A model generated the notes under the pieces. It worked only from the letters and a program-made list of their open reading frames with translations. It did no database searches and was not told the origin of the DNA. A stretch of DNA of 35,802 nt from IMG/VR virus record IMGVR_UViG_2711768064_000002; one strand, written 5' to 3'. This DNA comes from a virus (lineage: Duplodnaviria; Heunggongvirae; Uroviricota; Caudoviricetes). The position numbers and the translations under genes were made by a program. This document shows positions 27,471 to 35,802 of this stretch, one piece after another (the first letter of the stretch is position 1; every line of letters begins with the position of its first letter).

Positions 27471-27565
27471 CTGTTGTTTCATCCACTGACCAGCCAGGTC
27501 AAATAGCGTCTCATGCTCTGCACAACAGAAAATACCACTCACCCATTAACCACGGAGTTAAACGG
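27471..27565 (+). promoter_or_regulatory. Late promoter region upstream of FI (PF)
   Basis: tgttg ... caaca inverted element (27471..27525) upstream of FI RBS ggag; inferred from P2 late promoter architecture. Confidence 0.45.
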
Positions 27566-28756
27566 ATGAGTGACTATCATCACGGCGTGCAGGTGCTGGA
27601 GATTAACGACGGCACCCGCGTCATTTCCACCGTATCCACTGCCATTGTCGGCATGGTCTGCACGGCCAGCGATGCGGATGCGGAAACCTTCCCCCTCAAT
27701 AAACCGGTGCTGATTACCAATGTGCAGAGTGCAATTGCAAAGGCCGGTAAAAAAGGCACGCTGGCGGCATCGTTGCAGGCCATCGCCGACCAGTCAAAAC
27801 CGGTCACCGTTGTTGTGCGTGTGGAAGACGGCACCGGCGACGACGAGGAAACGAAACTCGCGCAGACCGTTTCCAATATCATCGGCACCACCGACGAAAA
27901 CGGTCAGTACACCGGACTGAAAGCCCTGCTGGCGGCGGAGTCGGTAACTGGTGTTAAACCGCGTATTCTCGGCGTGCCGGGACTGGACACCAAAGAGGTG
28001 GCTGTTGCACTGGCATCAGTCTGTCAGAAGCTGCGCGCTTTCGGGTATATCAGCGCATGGGGCTGTAAAACCATTTCCGAGGTGAAAGCCTACCGCCAGA
28101 ATTTCAGCCAGCGTGAACTGATGGTTATCTGGCCGGATTTCCTCGCATGGGATACGGTCACCAGTACCACCGCCACCGCGTATGCCACCGCCCGTGCGCT
28201 GGGTCTGCGTGCCAGAATCGACCAGGAGCAGGGCTGGCATAAAACGCTGTCCAACGTCGGGGTAAACGGTGTTACCGGCATCAGTGCCTCTGTATTCTGG
28301 GATTTGCAGGAGTCCGGCACCGATGCTGACCTGTTGAATGAGTCAGGTGTCACAACGCTGATTCGCCGCGACGGTTTCCGCTTCTGGGGTAACCGTACCT
28401 GCTCTGATGACCCGCTGTTCCTCTTTGAAAACTACACCCGCACCGCGCAGGTGCTGGCCGATACGATGGCTGAGGCGCACATGTGGGCGGTGGACAAGCC
28501 CATCACCGCAACGCTGATTCGCGACATCGTTGACGGCATCAATGCCAAATTCCGTGAGCTGAAAACAAACGGCTATATCGTGGATGGCTCATGCTGGTTC
28601 AGCGAAGAATCCAACGATGCGGAAACCCTCAAGGCCGGAAAACTGTATATCGACTACGACTATACACCGGTGCCTCCTCTCGAAAACCTGACCCTGCGCC
28701 AGCGTATTACCGATAAATACCTGGCAAATCTGGTCACCTCGGTTAACAGCAATTAA
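27566..28756 (+). CDS. FI: Tail sheath protein FI, 396 aa; ORF opens at 27452
   Basis: Start MSDYHHGVQVLEIN with RBS; 396 aa as P2 FI. Confidence 0.92.
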   Translation: MSDYHHGVQVLEINDGTRVISTVSTAIVGMVCTASDADAETFPLNKPVLITNVQSAIAKAGKKGTLAASLQAIADQSKPVTVVVRVEDGTGDDEETKLAQTVSNIIGTTDENGQYTGLKALLAAESVTGVKPRILGVPGLDTKEVAVALASVCQKLRAFGYISAWGCKTISEVKAYRQNFSQRELMVIWPDFLAWDTVTSTTATAYATARALGLRARIDQEQGWHKTLSNVGVNGVTGISASVFWDLQESGTDADLLNESGVTTLIRRDGFRFWGNRTCSDDPLFLFENYTRTAQVLADTMAEAHMWAVDKPITATLIRDIVDGINAKFRELKTNGYIVDGSCWFSEESNDAETLKAGKLYIDYDYTPVPPLENLTLRQRITDKYLANLVTSVNSN

Positions 28757-28768
28757 GGAGCCTGACCG

Positions 28769-29287
28769 ATGGCAATGCCGCGCAAACTCAAGTTAATGAA
28801 CGTCTTTCTGAACGGCTACAGCTATCAGGGCGTTGCAAAGTCCGTCACGCTGCCAAAACTGACCCGTAAGCTCGAAAACTATCGCGGTGCGGGGATGAAC
28901 GGCAGCGCACCGGTAGACCTCGGTCTTGATGACGATGCGCTGTCAATGGAGTGGTCGCTCGGGGGCTTCCCGGATTCGGTTATCTGGGAGCTTTACGCCG
29001 CAACCGGTGTGGATGCCGTACCGATTCGTTTTGCTGGCTCTTACCAGCGCGACGATACCGGCGAAACGGTGGCCGTCGAGGTGGTCATGCGTGGCCGTCA
29101 GAAAGAAATCGACACCGGCGAGGGTAAACAGGGAGAAGACACCGAGTCGAAAATCTCCGTGGTCTGCACCTATTTCCGGCTGACGATGGACGGTAAGGAG
29201 CTGGTCGAAATCGACACCATTAACATGATTGAGAAGGTGAACGGCGTCGACCGGCTGGAGCAACACCGCCGCAATATCGGCCTGTGA
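28769..29287 (+). CDS. FII: Tail tube protein FII, 172 aa
   Basis: Size and position as P2 FII. Confidence 0.92.
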   Translation: MAMPRKLKLMNVFLNGYSYQGVAKSVTLPKLTRKLENYRGAGMNGSAPVDLGLDDDALSMEWSLGGFPDSVIWELYAATGVDAVPIRFAGSYQRDDTGETVAVEVVMRGRQKEIDTGEGKQGEDTESKISVVCTYFRLTMDGKELVEIDTINMIEKVNGVDRLEQHRRNIGL

Positions 29288-29343
29288 TTTTCATCCGGTC
29301 AGCCAGGCTGACCGGTTAACCCCGATTCATAAGTGAGAAAACC

Positions 29344-29619
29344 ATGAACAAAGAAAATGTGATTACCCTGGACAATCCGGTCAAGCGTGGTGAGCAGGTT
29401 ATCGAACAGGTCACGCTGATGAAACCCAATGCCGGGACGCTGCGCGGTGTCAGTCTGGCAGCGGTCGCGAACTCCGAAGTCGATGCACTGATTAAGGTGC
29501 TGCCGCGCATGACAGCACCGATGCTGACCGAGCAGGAGGTCGCCGCGCTGGAACTGCCTGACCTTGTGGCGCTGGCCGGTAAGGTGGTCGGTTTTTTGTC
29601 GCCGAACTCGGTGCAGTGA
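29344..29619 (+). CDS. E: Tail assembly chaperone E, 91 aa
   Basis: Size and position as P2 E; ends just after a T-run slippery site. Confidence 0.88.
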   Translation: MNKENVITLDNPVKRGEQVIEQVTLMKPNAGTLRGVSLAAVANSEVDALIKVLPRMTAPMLTEQEVAALELPDLVALAGKVVGFLSPNSVQ

Positions 29620-29771
29620 CGTTTCCGAAAAATCTGTCGGTCGATGACCTGATGGCGGATGTGGCTGTGATATTTCACTGGCCGCCATCAGAACTGTACC
29701 CCATGAGCCTGACCGAACTCATCACATGGCGCGAAAAGGCGCTCTGGCGAAGCGGAAACACGAATGAGTAA
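29344..29771 (+). CDS. E': E+E' (-1 programmed frameshift product); shift at about 29592..29598
   Basis: Slippery run ggttttttg at the E 3' end; -1 frame stays open from there to taa at 29769..29771, overlapping the T start. Mirrors the tail chaperone frameshift of P2. Confidence 0.65.
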
Positions 29772-32211
29772 CAATGTAAAATTACAGGTATTGCTCAGGG
29801 CTGTTGACCAGGCATCCCGCCCGTTTAAATCCATCCGCACAGCGAGTAAGTCGCTGTCGGGGGATATCCGGGAAACACAAAAATCACTGCGCGAGCTGAA
29901 CGGTCACGCATCCCGTATTGAGGGATTCCGCAAGACCAGTGCACAGCTCGCCGTGACTGGTCATGCACTTGAAAAGGCACGGCAGGAGGCCGAAGCCCTT
30001 GCCACACAGTTTAAAAATACCGAACGACCGACCCGTGCTCAGGCGAAAGTGCTGGAATCCGCAAAGCGAGCGGCGGAGGACTTACAGGCGAAATATAACC
30101 GCCTGACGGATTCCGTTAAACGCCAGCAGCGGGAACTGGCCGCTGTGGGAATTAATACCCGCAATCTTGCACATGATGAGCAGGGGCTGAAAAACCGTAT
30201 CAGTGAAACCACCGCACAGCTTAACCGTCAGCGCGACGCACTGGCGCGTGTCAGTGCACAACAGGCAAAACTTAACGCAGTAAAACAGCGTTATCAGGCC
30301 GGAAAGGAACTGGCCGGAAATATGGCCTCAGTGGGCGCTGCCGGTGTGGGGATTGCTGCTGCGGGAACGATGGCCGGTGTTAAGCTGCTGATGCCCGGTT
30401 ATGAGTTTGCGCAGAAAAACTCAGAATTGCAGGCTGTGCTCGGTGTGGCAAAAGACTCCGCCGAAATGGCCGCATTACGCAAACAGGCGCGCCAGCTCGG
30501 CGACAATACCGCCGCCTCGGCAGATGATGCAGCCGGTGCGCAGATTATTATTGCGAAAGCCGGTGGGGATGTTGATGCCATTCAGGCGGCAACGCCGGTC
30601 ACGCTGAACATGGCGCTGGCGAACCGCCGCACGATGGAAGAAAACGCCGCCCTGCTGGTGGGGATGAAATCCGCCTTTCAGCTTTCAAACGATAAGGTCG
30701 CTCATATCGGGGATGTTCTCTCCATGACGATGAACAAAACCGCCGCCGATTTTGACGGCATGAGCGATGCGCTGACCTATGCCGCACCTGTGGCAAAAAA
30801 TGCCGGTGTCAGCATTGAAGAAACCGCCGCAATGGTCGGGGCGCTGCATGATGCAAAAATCACAGGCTCAATGGCGGGGACGGGAAGCCGTGCCGTGTTA
30901 AGCCGCCTGCAGGCACCGACGGGAAAAGCGTGGGATGCACTGAAAGAGCTTGGTGTGAAAACCTCAGACAGCAAGGGAAACACCCGACCAGTATTTACCA
31001 TTCTGAAAGAAATGCAGGCCAGTTTTGAGAAAAACCGGCTCGGTACTGCCCAGCAGGCCGAATACATGAAAACCATTTTCGGGGAGGAGGCCAGCTCAGC
31101 CGCCGCTGTGCTGATGACTGCCGCGTCAACCGGAAAGCTGGACAAACTGACCGCTGCGTTTAAAGCCTCAGACGGGAAGACCGCCGAGCTGGTAAATATC
31201 ATGCAGGACAACCTCGGCGGTGACTTTAAGGAGTTTCAGTCCGCTTATGAGGCGGTGGGGACTGACCTGTTTGACCAGCAGGAAGGCGCGCTGCGTAAGC
31301 TCACGCAGACGGCCACAAAGTATGTGTTAAAACTTGACGGCTGGATACAGAAAAACAAATCACTGGCGTCAACCATCGGCCTCATTGCCGGTGGCGCACT
31401 GGCGCTTACTGGCATCATCGGTGCCATTGGCCTTGTAGCCTGGCCGGTTATCACTGGCATCAATGCCATTATCGCGGCAGCAGGCGCAATGGGGGCAATC
31501 TTCACGACGGTTAGCAGTGCTGTTATGACGGCCATCGGGGCGATTAGCTGGCCGGTTGTGGCCGTGGTGGCCGCCATTGTCGCCGGGGCGTTGCTTATCC
31601 GTAAATACTGGGAGCCTGTCAGCGCATTCTTTGGCGGTGTGGTTGAAGGGCTGAAAGCGGCATTTGCGCCGGTGGGGGAACTGTTCACGCCACTGAAGCC
31701 GGTGTTTGACTGGCTGGGTGAAAAGTTACAGGCCGCGTGGCAGTGGTTTAAAAACCTGATTGCCCCGGTCAAAGCCACCCAGGACACCCTGAACCGTTGC
31801 CGTGACACGGGCGTCATGTTCGGGCAGGCACTGGCTGACGCGCTGATGCTGCCGCTTAATGCGTTCAACAAACTGCGCAGTGGCATTGACTGGGTACTGG
31901 AAAAACTCGGTGTTATCAACAAAGAGTCAGACACACTTGACCAGACCGCCGCCAGAACTCAAGCCGCCACGTATGGCAGCGGTGGTTATATTCCGGCGAC
32001 CAGCTCTTATGCAGGCTATCAGGCTTATCAGCCGGTCACGGCACCGGCTGGCCGCTCTTATGTAGACCAGAGTAAAAACGAATATCACATCAACCTGACG
32101 GGTGGTACTGTGCCGGGGACACAGCTTGACCGCCAGTTACAGGATGCGCTTGAAAAATACGAGCGGGATAAACGTGCGCGCGCCCGTGCCAGCATGATGC
32201 ATGACGGTTAA
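29764..32211 (+). CDS. T: Tail tape measure protein T, 815 aa
   Basis: Long Ala/Gly-rich protein with coiled-coil N-terminus and hydrophobic central segment; P2 T position. Confidence 0.92.
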   Translation: MSNNVKLQVLLRAVDQASRPFKSIRTASKSLSGDIRETQKSLRELNGHASRIEGFRKTSAQLAVTGHALEKARQEAEALATQFKNTERPTRAQAKVLESAKRAAEDLQAKYNRLTDSVKRQQRELAAVGINTRNLAHDEQGLKNRISETTAQLNRQRDALARVSAQQAKLNAVKQRYQAGKELAGNMASVGAAGVGIAAAGTMAGVKLLMPGYEFAQKNSELQAVLGVAKDSAEMAALRKQARQLGDNTAASADDAAGAQIIIAKAGGDVDAIQAATPVTLNMALANRRTMEENAALLVGMKSAFQLSNDKVAHIGDVLSMTMNKTAADFDGMSDALTYAAPVAKNAGVSIEETAAMVGALHDAKITGSMAGTGSRAVLSRLQAPTGKAWDALKELGVKTSDSKGNTRPVFTILKEMQASFEKNRLGTAQQAEYMKTIFGEEASSAAAVLMTAASTGKLDKLTAAFKASDGKTAELVNIMQDNLGGDFKEFQSAYEAVGTDLFDQQEGALRKLTQTATKYVLKLDGWIQKNKSLASTIGLIAGGALALTGIIGAIGLVAWPVITGINAIIAAAGAMGAIFTTVSSAVMTAIGAISWPVVAVVAAIVAGALLIRKYWEPVSAFFGGVVEGLKAAFAPVGELFTPLKPVFDWLGEKLQAAWQWFKNLIAPVKATQDTLNRCRDTGVMFGQALADALMLPLNAFNKLRSGIDWVLEKLGVINKESDTLDQTAARTQAATYGSGGYIPATSSYAGYQAYQPVTAPAGRSYVDQSKNEYHINLTGGTVPGTQLDRQLQDALEKYERDKRARARASMMHDG

Positions 32212-32225
32212 GGAGGTGACGAAAA

Positions 32226-32705
32226 ATGATGCTCGCGTTAGGTATGTTTGTTTTTATGCGCCAGACGCTGCCACACCAGACCATGCAGCGTGAATCAGAT
32301 TATCGCTGGCCGTCAAATTCCCGTATCGGTAAACGGGATGCCTTTCAGTTTCTCGGCGTTGGCGAGGAAAACATCACGCTTGCCGGTGTGCTTTATCCCG
32401 AGCTGACCGGCGGAAAGCTGACGATGACCACGCTCAGGCTGATGGCAGAGGAAGGTCGGGCGTGGCCGTTGCTGGATGGCACCGGCATGATTTACGGCAT
32501 GTATGTCATCAGCAGGGTGAGTGAAACAGGGAGTATTTTCTTTGCAGACGGCACACCCCGAAAAATTGATTTTACGCTGTCGCTCACCCGCGTTGATGAA
32601 TCACTGGCCGCGCTTTATGGCGATATCGGTAAACAGGCGGAATCGCTCATCGGTAAGGCTGGCAGTATGGCGACTAAATTCACGGGTATGACGGGGGCGG
32701 GATAA
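32226..32705 (+). CDS. U: Tail protein U, 159 aa
   Basis: Size and position as P2 U. Confidence 0.9.
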   Translation: MMLALGMFVFMRQTLPHQTMQRESDYRWPSNSRIGKRDAFQFLGVGEENITLAGVLYPELTGGKLTMTTLRLMAEEGRAWPLLDGTGMIYGMYVISRVSETGSIFFADGTPRKIDFTLSLTRVDESLAALYGDIGKQAESLIGKAGSMATKFTGMTGAG

Positions 32706-33868
32706 TGCTGGATGCGCTGACATTTGATGCAGGCAGTACGCTGACACCGGATTACATGCTGATGCTCGACAGCAGGGATATTACCGGCAATATCAGCGAC
32801 CGTCTGATGAGCATGACCCTGACGGATAACCGGGGCTTTGAGGCTGACCAGCTTGATATTGAACTGAACGATGCCGACGGGCAGGTCGGGCTGCCGGTTC
32901 GTGGCGCTGTCCTGACGGTGTATATCGGCTGGAAAGGTTTTGCCCTGGTATGCAAAGGGAAATTTACCGTTGATGAGGTTGAACACCGGGGCGCGCCGGA
33001 TGTGGTTACCATCCGCGCCCGGAGTGCAGATTTTCGCGGGACGCTCAATTCCCGCCGGGAAGGCTCATGGCATGACACCACGCTCGGTGCGATTGTTGAG
33101 GCGATAGCCTCCCGTAACAGGCTGGAAGCCAGTGTCGCGCCGTCACTGGCCGGAATTAAAATCCCGCACATCGACCAGTCGCAGGAGTCTGATGCAAAAT
33201 TCCTGACCCGCCTTGCTGAACGCAACGGCGGTGAGGTGTCGGTAAAAATGGGAAAATTGTTGTTTCTCAAAGCGGGGCAGGGGGTGACGGCCAGTGGTAA
33301 AAAAATCCCGCAGATTACCATCACCCGCAGCGACGGCGACCGTCATCATTTTGCGATTGCTGACCGTGGAGCCTACACCGGCGTAACGGCAAAGTGGTTA
33401 CACACCAAAGACCCGAAGCCGCAAAAGCAGAAGGTAAAACTGAAACGCAAAAAGAAAGAGAAACACCTGCGCGCACTGGAGCACCCGAAAGCGAAACCGG
33501 TCAGGCAGAAGAAAGCGCCAAAAGTACCGGAAGCGCGCGAAGGTGAATACATGGCCGGTGAGGCTGACAACGTTTTTGCCCTGACCACGGTATATGCCAC
33601 GAAAGCACAGGCCATGCGTGCTGCTCAGGCGAAGTGGGATAAACTGCAACGGGGCGTTGCGGAGTTCTCCATCATCCTGGCTACCGGTCGTGCAGATATT
33701 TACACGGAAACACCGGTCAGAGTGTCAGGCTTTAAGCGCGTCATAGACGAGCAGGACTGGACAATCACTAAGGTGACACATTTTCTGAATAATAGCGGCT
33801 TCACGACGTCCTTGGAGCTTGAGGTCAGGCTTTCTGATGTGGAGTACGAAACAGAAGATGATGAGTGA
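32705..33868 (+). CDS. D: Tail protein D (late control gene D), 387 aa
   Basis: Size and position as P2 D. Confidence 0.9.
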   Translation: MLDALTFDAGSTLTPDYMLMLDSRDITGNISDRLMSMTLTDNRGFEADQLDIELNDADGQVGLPVRGAVLTVYIGWKGFALVCKGKFTVDEVEHRGAPDVVTIRARSADFRGTLNSRREGSWHDTTLGAIVEAIASRNRLEASVAPSLAGIKIPHIDQSQESDAKFLTRLAERNGGEVSVKMGKLLFLKAGQGVTASGKKIPQITITRSDGDRHHFAIADRGAYTGVTAKWLHTKDPKPQKQKVKLKRKKKEKHLRALEHPKAKPVRQKKAPKVPEAREGEYMAGEADNVFALTTVYATKAQAMRAAQAKWDKLQRGVAEFSIILATGRADIYTETPVRVSGFKRVIDEQDWTITKVTHFLNNSGFTTSLELEVRLSDVEYETEDDE

Positions 33869-33949
33869 TGTTTTGTTTTTATCTGTTTGTTTTATAAGGA
33901 TAAATTAACTAAAATGGCACCATTAACAAAACCGGAAGAGGTGCTCGCG

Positions 33950-34168
33950 ATGTTTCATTGTCCTTTATGCCAGCATGCCGCACATGCGCGTACAAGCCGC
34001 TATATCACTGACACGACAAAAGAGCGTTATCACCAGTGCCAGAACGTGAATTGCAGCGCCACGTTCATCACTTATGAGTCGGTACAGCGATACATCGTGA
34101 AGCCGGGAGAAGTCCACGCCGTGAGGCCGCACCCGTTGCCGTCAGGGCAGCAAATTATGTGGATGTAA
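33950..34168 (+). CDS. ogr: Ogr late transcription activator (zinc finger), 72 aa; ORF opens at 33887
   Basis: MFHCPLCQHAAHARTSRYITDTTKERYHQCQNVNCSATF: C4 zinc-finger recognised as P2 Ogr. Confidence 0.9.
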   Translation: MFHCPLCQHAAHARTSRYITDTTKERYHQCQNVNCSATFITYESVQRYIVKPGEVHAVRPHPLPSGQQIMWM

Positions 34169-34180
34169 TTACAAACAGAA

Positions 34181-34205
34181 AGCCCCTCAGTCGAGGGGCT
34201 TTTTT
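34181..34205 (+). terminator. Rho-independent terminator after ogr
   Basis: agcccctc-agtc-gaggggct followed by ttttt. Confidence 0.85.
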
Positions 34206-34268
34206 GTCGATGTGGTCAATGTGTGGACGTGACCAGAAATAAATCCTTTTATTTCAATTTGTTGTACG

Positions 34269-34296
34269 TAAAAAATAAGCCCGTGTAAGGGAGATT
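34269..34296. repeat. attR core (taaaaaataAgcccgtgtaagggagatt)
   Basis: Direct repeat of attL; coincides with the 3' end of the sRNA gene. Confidence 0.85.
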
Positions 34297-34356
34297 ACAC
34301 AGGCTAAGGAGGTGGTTCCTGGTACAGCTAGCATTTTATGGGTTATGTTTTTCAGC
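34270..34356 (-). ncRNA. cyaR: CyaR (RyeE) small regulatory RNA, 87 nt
   Basis: Minus strand reads gctgaaaaacataacccataaaatgctagctgtaccaggaaccacctccttagcctgtgtaatctcccttacacgggcttatttttt, matching CyaR as I recall it, including the terminator hairpin and U-tail. Confidence 0.8.
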
Positions 34357-34440
34357 GAAACGGATGATAACCTTAATAAATGCAGCTGTATGTGATCGGT
34401 TTCTAAGAATTTTCCATCCGGGAAAAATAATCGAAATTAA

Positions 34441-35802
34441 TCACTTACCGTGGGGATTACGCGTGGTTTCCCCGGAGAAATTACGCATCAGCAGCGCGTA
34501 ATTGAGCTCAAGATCCTGCGGGACCGGGAGCCACACAGTATAACCATCGCCTGGTGCTATCGGCATAGCTTCGCCTTTGGCGTTTTCCATGTGCTCAAGG
34601 GTAAAATTAATGTTGCCTTGCGGCGTCATCAGCTCAAGGCTGTCGCCAACGGAGAATTTATTTTTCACCGCTACCGCCGCGAGGTCCCCCTTGCGCTCAC
34701 CGGTAAACTCACCAACAAACTGCTGGCGGTCAGAAACTGAATAACCGTATTCGTAGTTCTGATAATCGTCGTGAGTATGACGACGCAGGAAACCTTCGGT
34801 ATAGCCACGATGCGCCAGACCTTCCAGAGTTTCCAGCAGGCTGGTATCGAACGGTTTTCCCGCAGCGGCGTCATCGATAGCTTTGCGGTAAACCTGTGCG
34901 GTGCGTGCACAATAGTAGAAAGATTTGGTACGACCTTCGATTTTCAGCGAATGCACGCCCATTTTGGTCAGGCGTTCTACATGGGCGATGGCGCGCAGAT
35001 CTTTCGAGTTCATGATGTAAGTGCCGTGCTCATCTTCAAACGCGGTCATATACTCGCCCGGACGCTGGGCCTCTTCGATCATAAACACTTTGTCGGTTGG
35101 TGCGCCGATACCCAGCGTCGGCTCAACATTTTGCACCGGAATCGGCTCGTACTTGTGTACGATGTTGCCAACATCATCTTCTTTCCCTTCCTGGACGTTG
35201 TACTCCCAGCGGCAGGCGTTGGTGCAGGTGCCCTGGTTCGGGTCGCGCTTGTTGATATAGCCAGAGAGCAGGCAGCGACCGGAGTAGGCCATGCACAGCG
35301 CGCCGTGAACGAAGATCTCGATCTCCATATCCGGCACCTGATTGCGGATCTCTTCAATCTCTTCCAGCGACAGCTCGCGAGAGAGGATCACGCGGGTCAG
35401 GCCCATTTGCTGCCAGAATTTCACCGTCGCCCAGTTCACGGCGTTAGCCTGCACCGAAAGGTGGATCGGCATTTCAGGGAAGTGCTCACGCACCAGCATA
35501 ATCAGCCCTGGATCGGACATAATCAGCGCATCCGGCCCCATTTCCACCACCGGTTTCAGGTCACGGATAAAGGTTTTCAGCTTGGCGTTGTGCGGTGCAA
35601 TGTTGACCACGACATAAAACTTTTTCCCCAGCGCGTGGGCTTCATTGATGCCGAGCTGAAGATTTTCGTGGTTGAATTCGTTGTTGCGCACACGCAGGGA
35701 ATAACGCGGCTGGCCCGCATAAACAGCATCTGCGCCATAAGCGAAAGCGTAACGCATATTTTTCAGCGTTCCCGCCGGGGAAAGGAGTTCCGGTTTAAAC
35801 AT
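34441..35802 (-). CDS. yegQ: Peptidase U32-family protein (YegQ/TrhP-like), 453 aa
   Basis: Full-length ORF starting at the window edge (MFKPELLSPAGTLKNMRYAFAYGADAVYAGQPRYSLR); GC-normal host-like composition; recalled as neighbour of cyaR in E. coli. Confidence 0.75.
   Translation of the reverse strand: MFKPELLSPAGTLKNMRYAFAYGADAVYAGQPRYSLRVRNNEFNHENLQLGINEAHALGKKFYVVVNIAPHNAKLKTFIRDLKPVVEMGPDALIMSDPGLIMLVREHFPEMPIHLSVQANAVNWATVKFWQQMGLTRVILSRELSLEEIEEIRNQVPDMEIEIFVHGALCMAYSGRCLLSGYINKRDPNQGTCTNACRWEYNVQEGKEDDVGNIVHKYEPIPVQNVEPTLGIGAPTDKVFMIEEAQRPGEYMTAFEDEHGTYIMNSKDLRAIAHVERLTKMGVHSLKIEGRTKSFYYCARTAQVYRKAIDDAAAGKPFDTSLLETLEGLAHRGYTEGFLRRHTHDDYQNYEYGYSVSDRQQFVGEFTGERKGDLAAVAVKNKFSVGDSLELMTPQGNINFTLEHMENAKGEAMPIAPGDGYTVWLPVPQDLELNYALLMRNFSGETTRNPHGK

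Larger units (their letters stand above)
476..34296. mobile_element. P2-like (Peduovirus) prophage, complete, about 33.8 kb
   Basis: Full canonical P2 gene order from int to ogr, bounded by 27-28 bp direct repeats; cos sequence present internally. Confidence 0.92.

Noticed and set aside
31245-31934. 229-aa minus-strand ORF antisense within tape measure gene T
   Set aside because: Shadow ORF inside a GC-rich structural gene; Ala/Ser-rich low-complexity product.
1-35802. tRNA, rRNA or IS element
   Set aside because: No cloverleaf-like sequence, rRNA-like segment or transposase ORF with terminal inverted repeats recognised by eye; the integration site is an sRNA 3' end rather than a tRNA.

Overview
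This window is a complete P2-like (Peduovirus) prophage of about 33.8 kb (roughly 477..34296) in an enterobacterial chromosome, with three AT-rich cargo genes of unknown function at the variable loci. All calls are by eye and from memory of phage P2; no database search or computation was run. The prophage is bounded by a 27-28 bp direct repeat (attL 476..503, attR 34269..34296) that overlaps the 3' end of a CyaR-like sRNA gene (minus strand, 34270..34356). Host flanks are a small lipoprotein gene on the left (1..318, YegR-like) and a U32-peptidase gene on the right (34441..35802, YegQ/TrhP-like). The backbone is in canonical P2 prophage order: int, C, cox, early ORFs, B, orf80-83, A, cos, then Q P | O N M L X Y K lysA lysB(lysC) R S | V W J I H G | FI FII E(E') T U D ogr. 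The three cargo genes are a 755-aa protein between cos and Q (7593..9860), a 2-TM membrane protein antisense between S and V (19235..20308), and a polytopic membrane protein with serine-hydrolase-like motifs between G and FI (25669..27108). These are the best candidates for undescribed accessory or anti-phage functions. The A-to-cos interval, where P2 carries tin/old, holds no long ORF, only a 37-aa hydrophobic micro-ORF, a bidirectional terminator and degenerate repeats.
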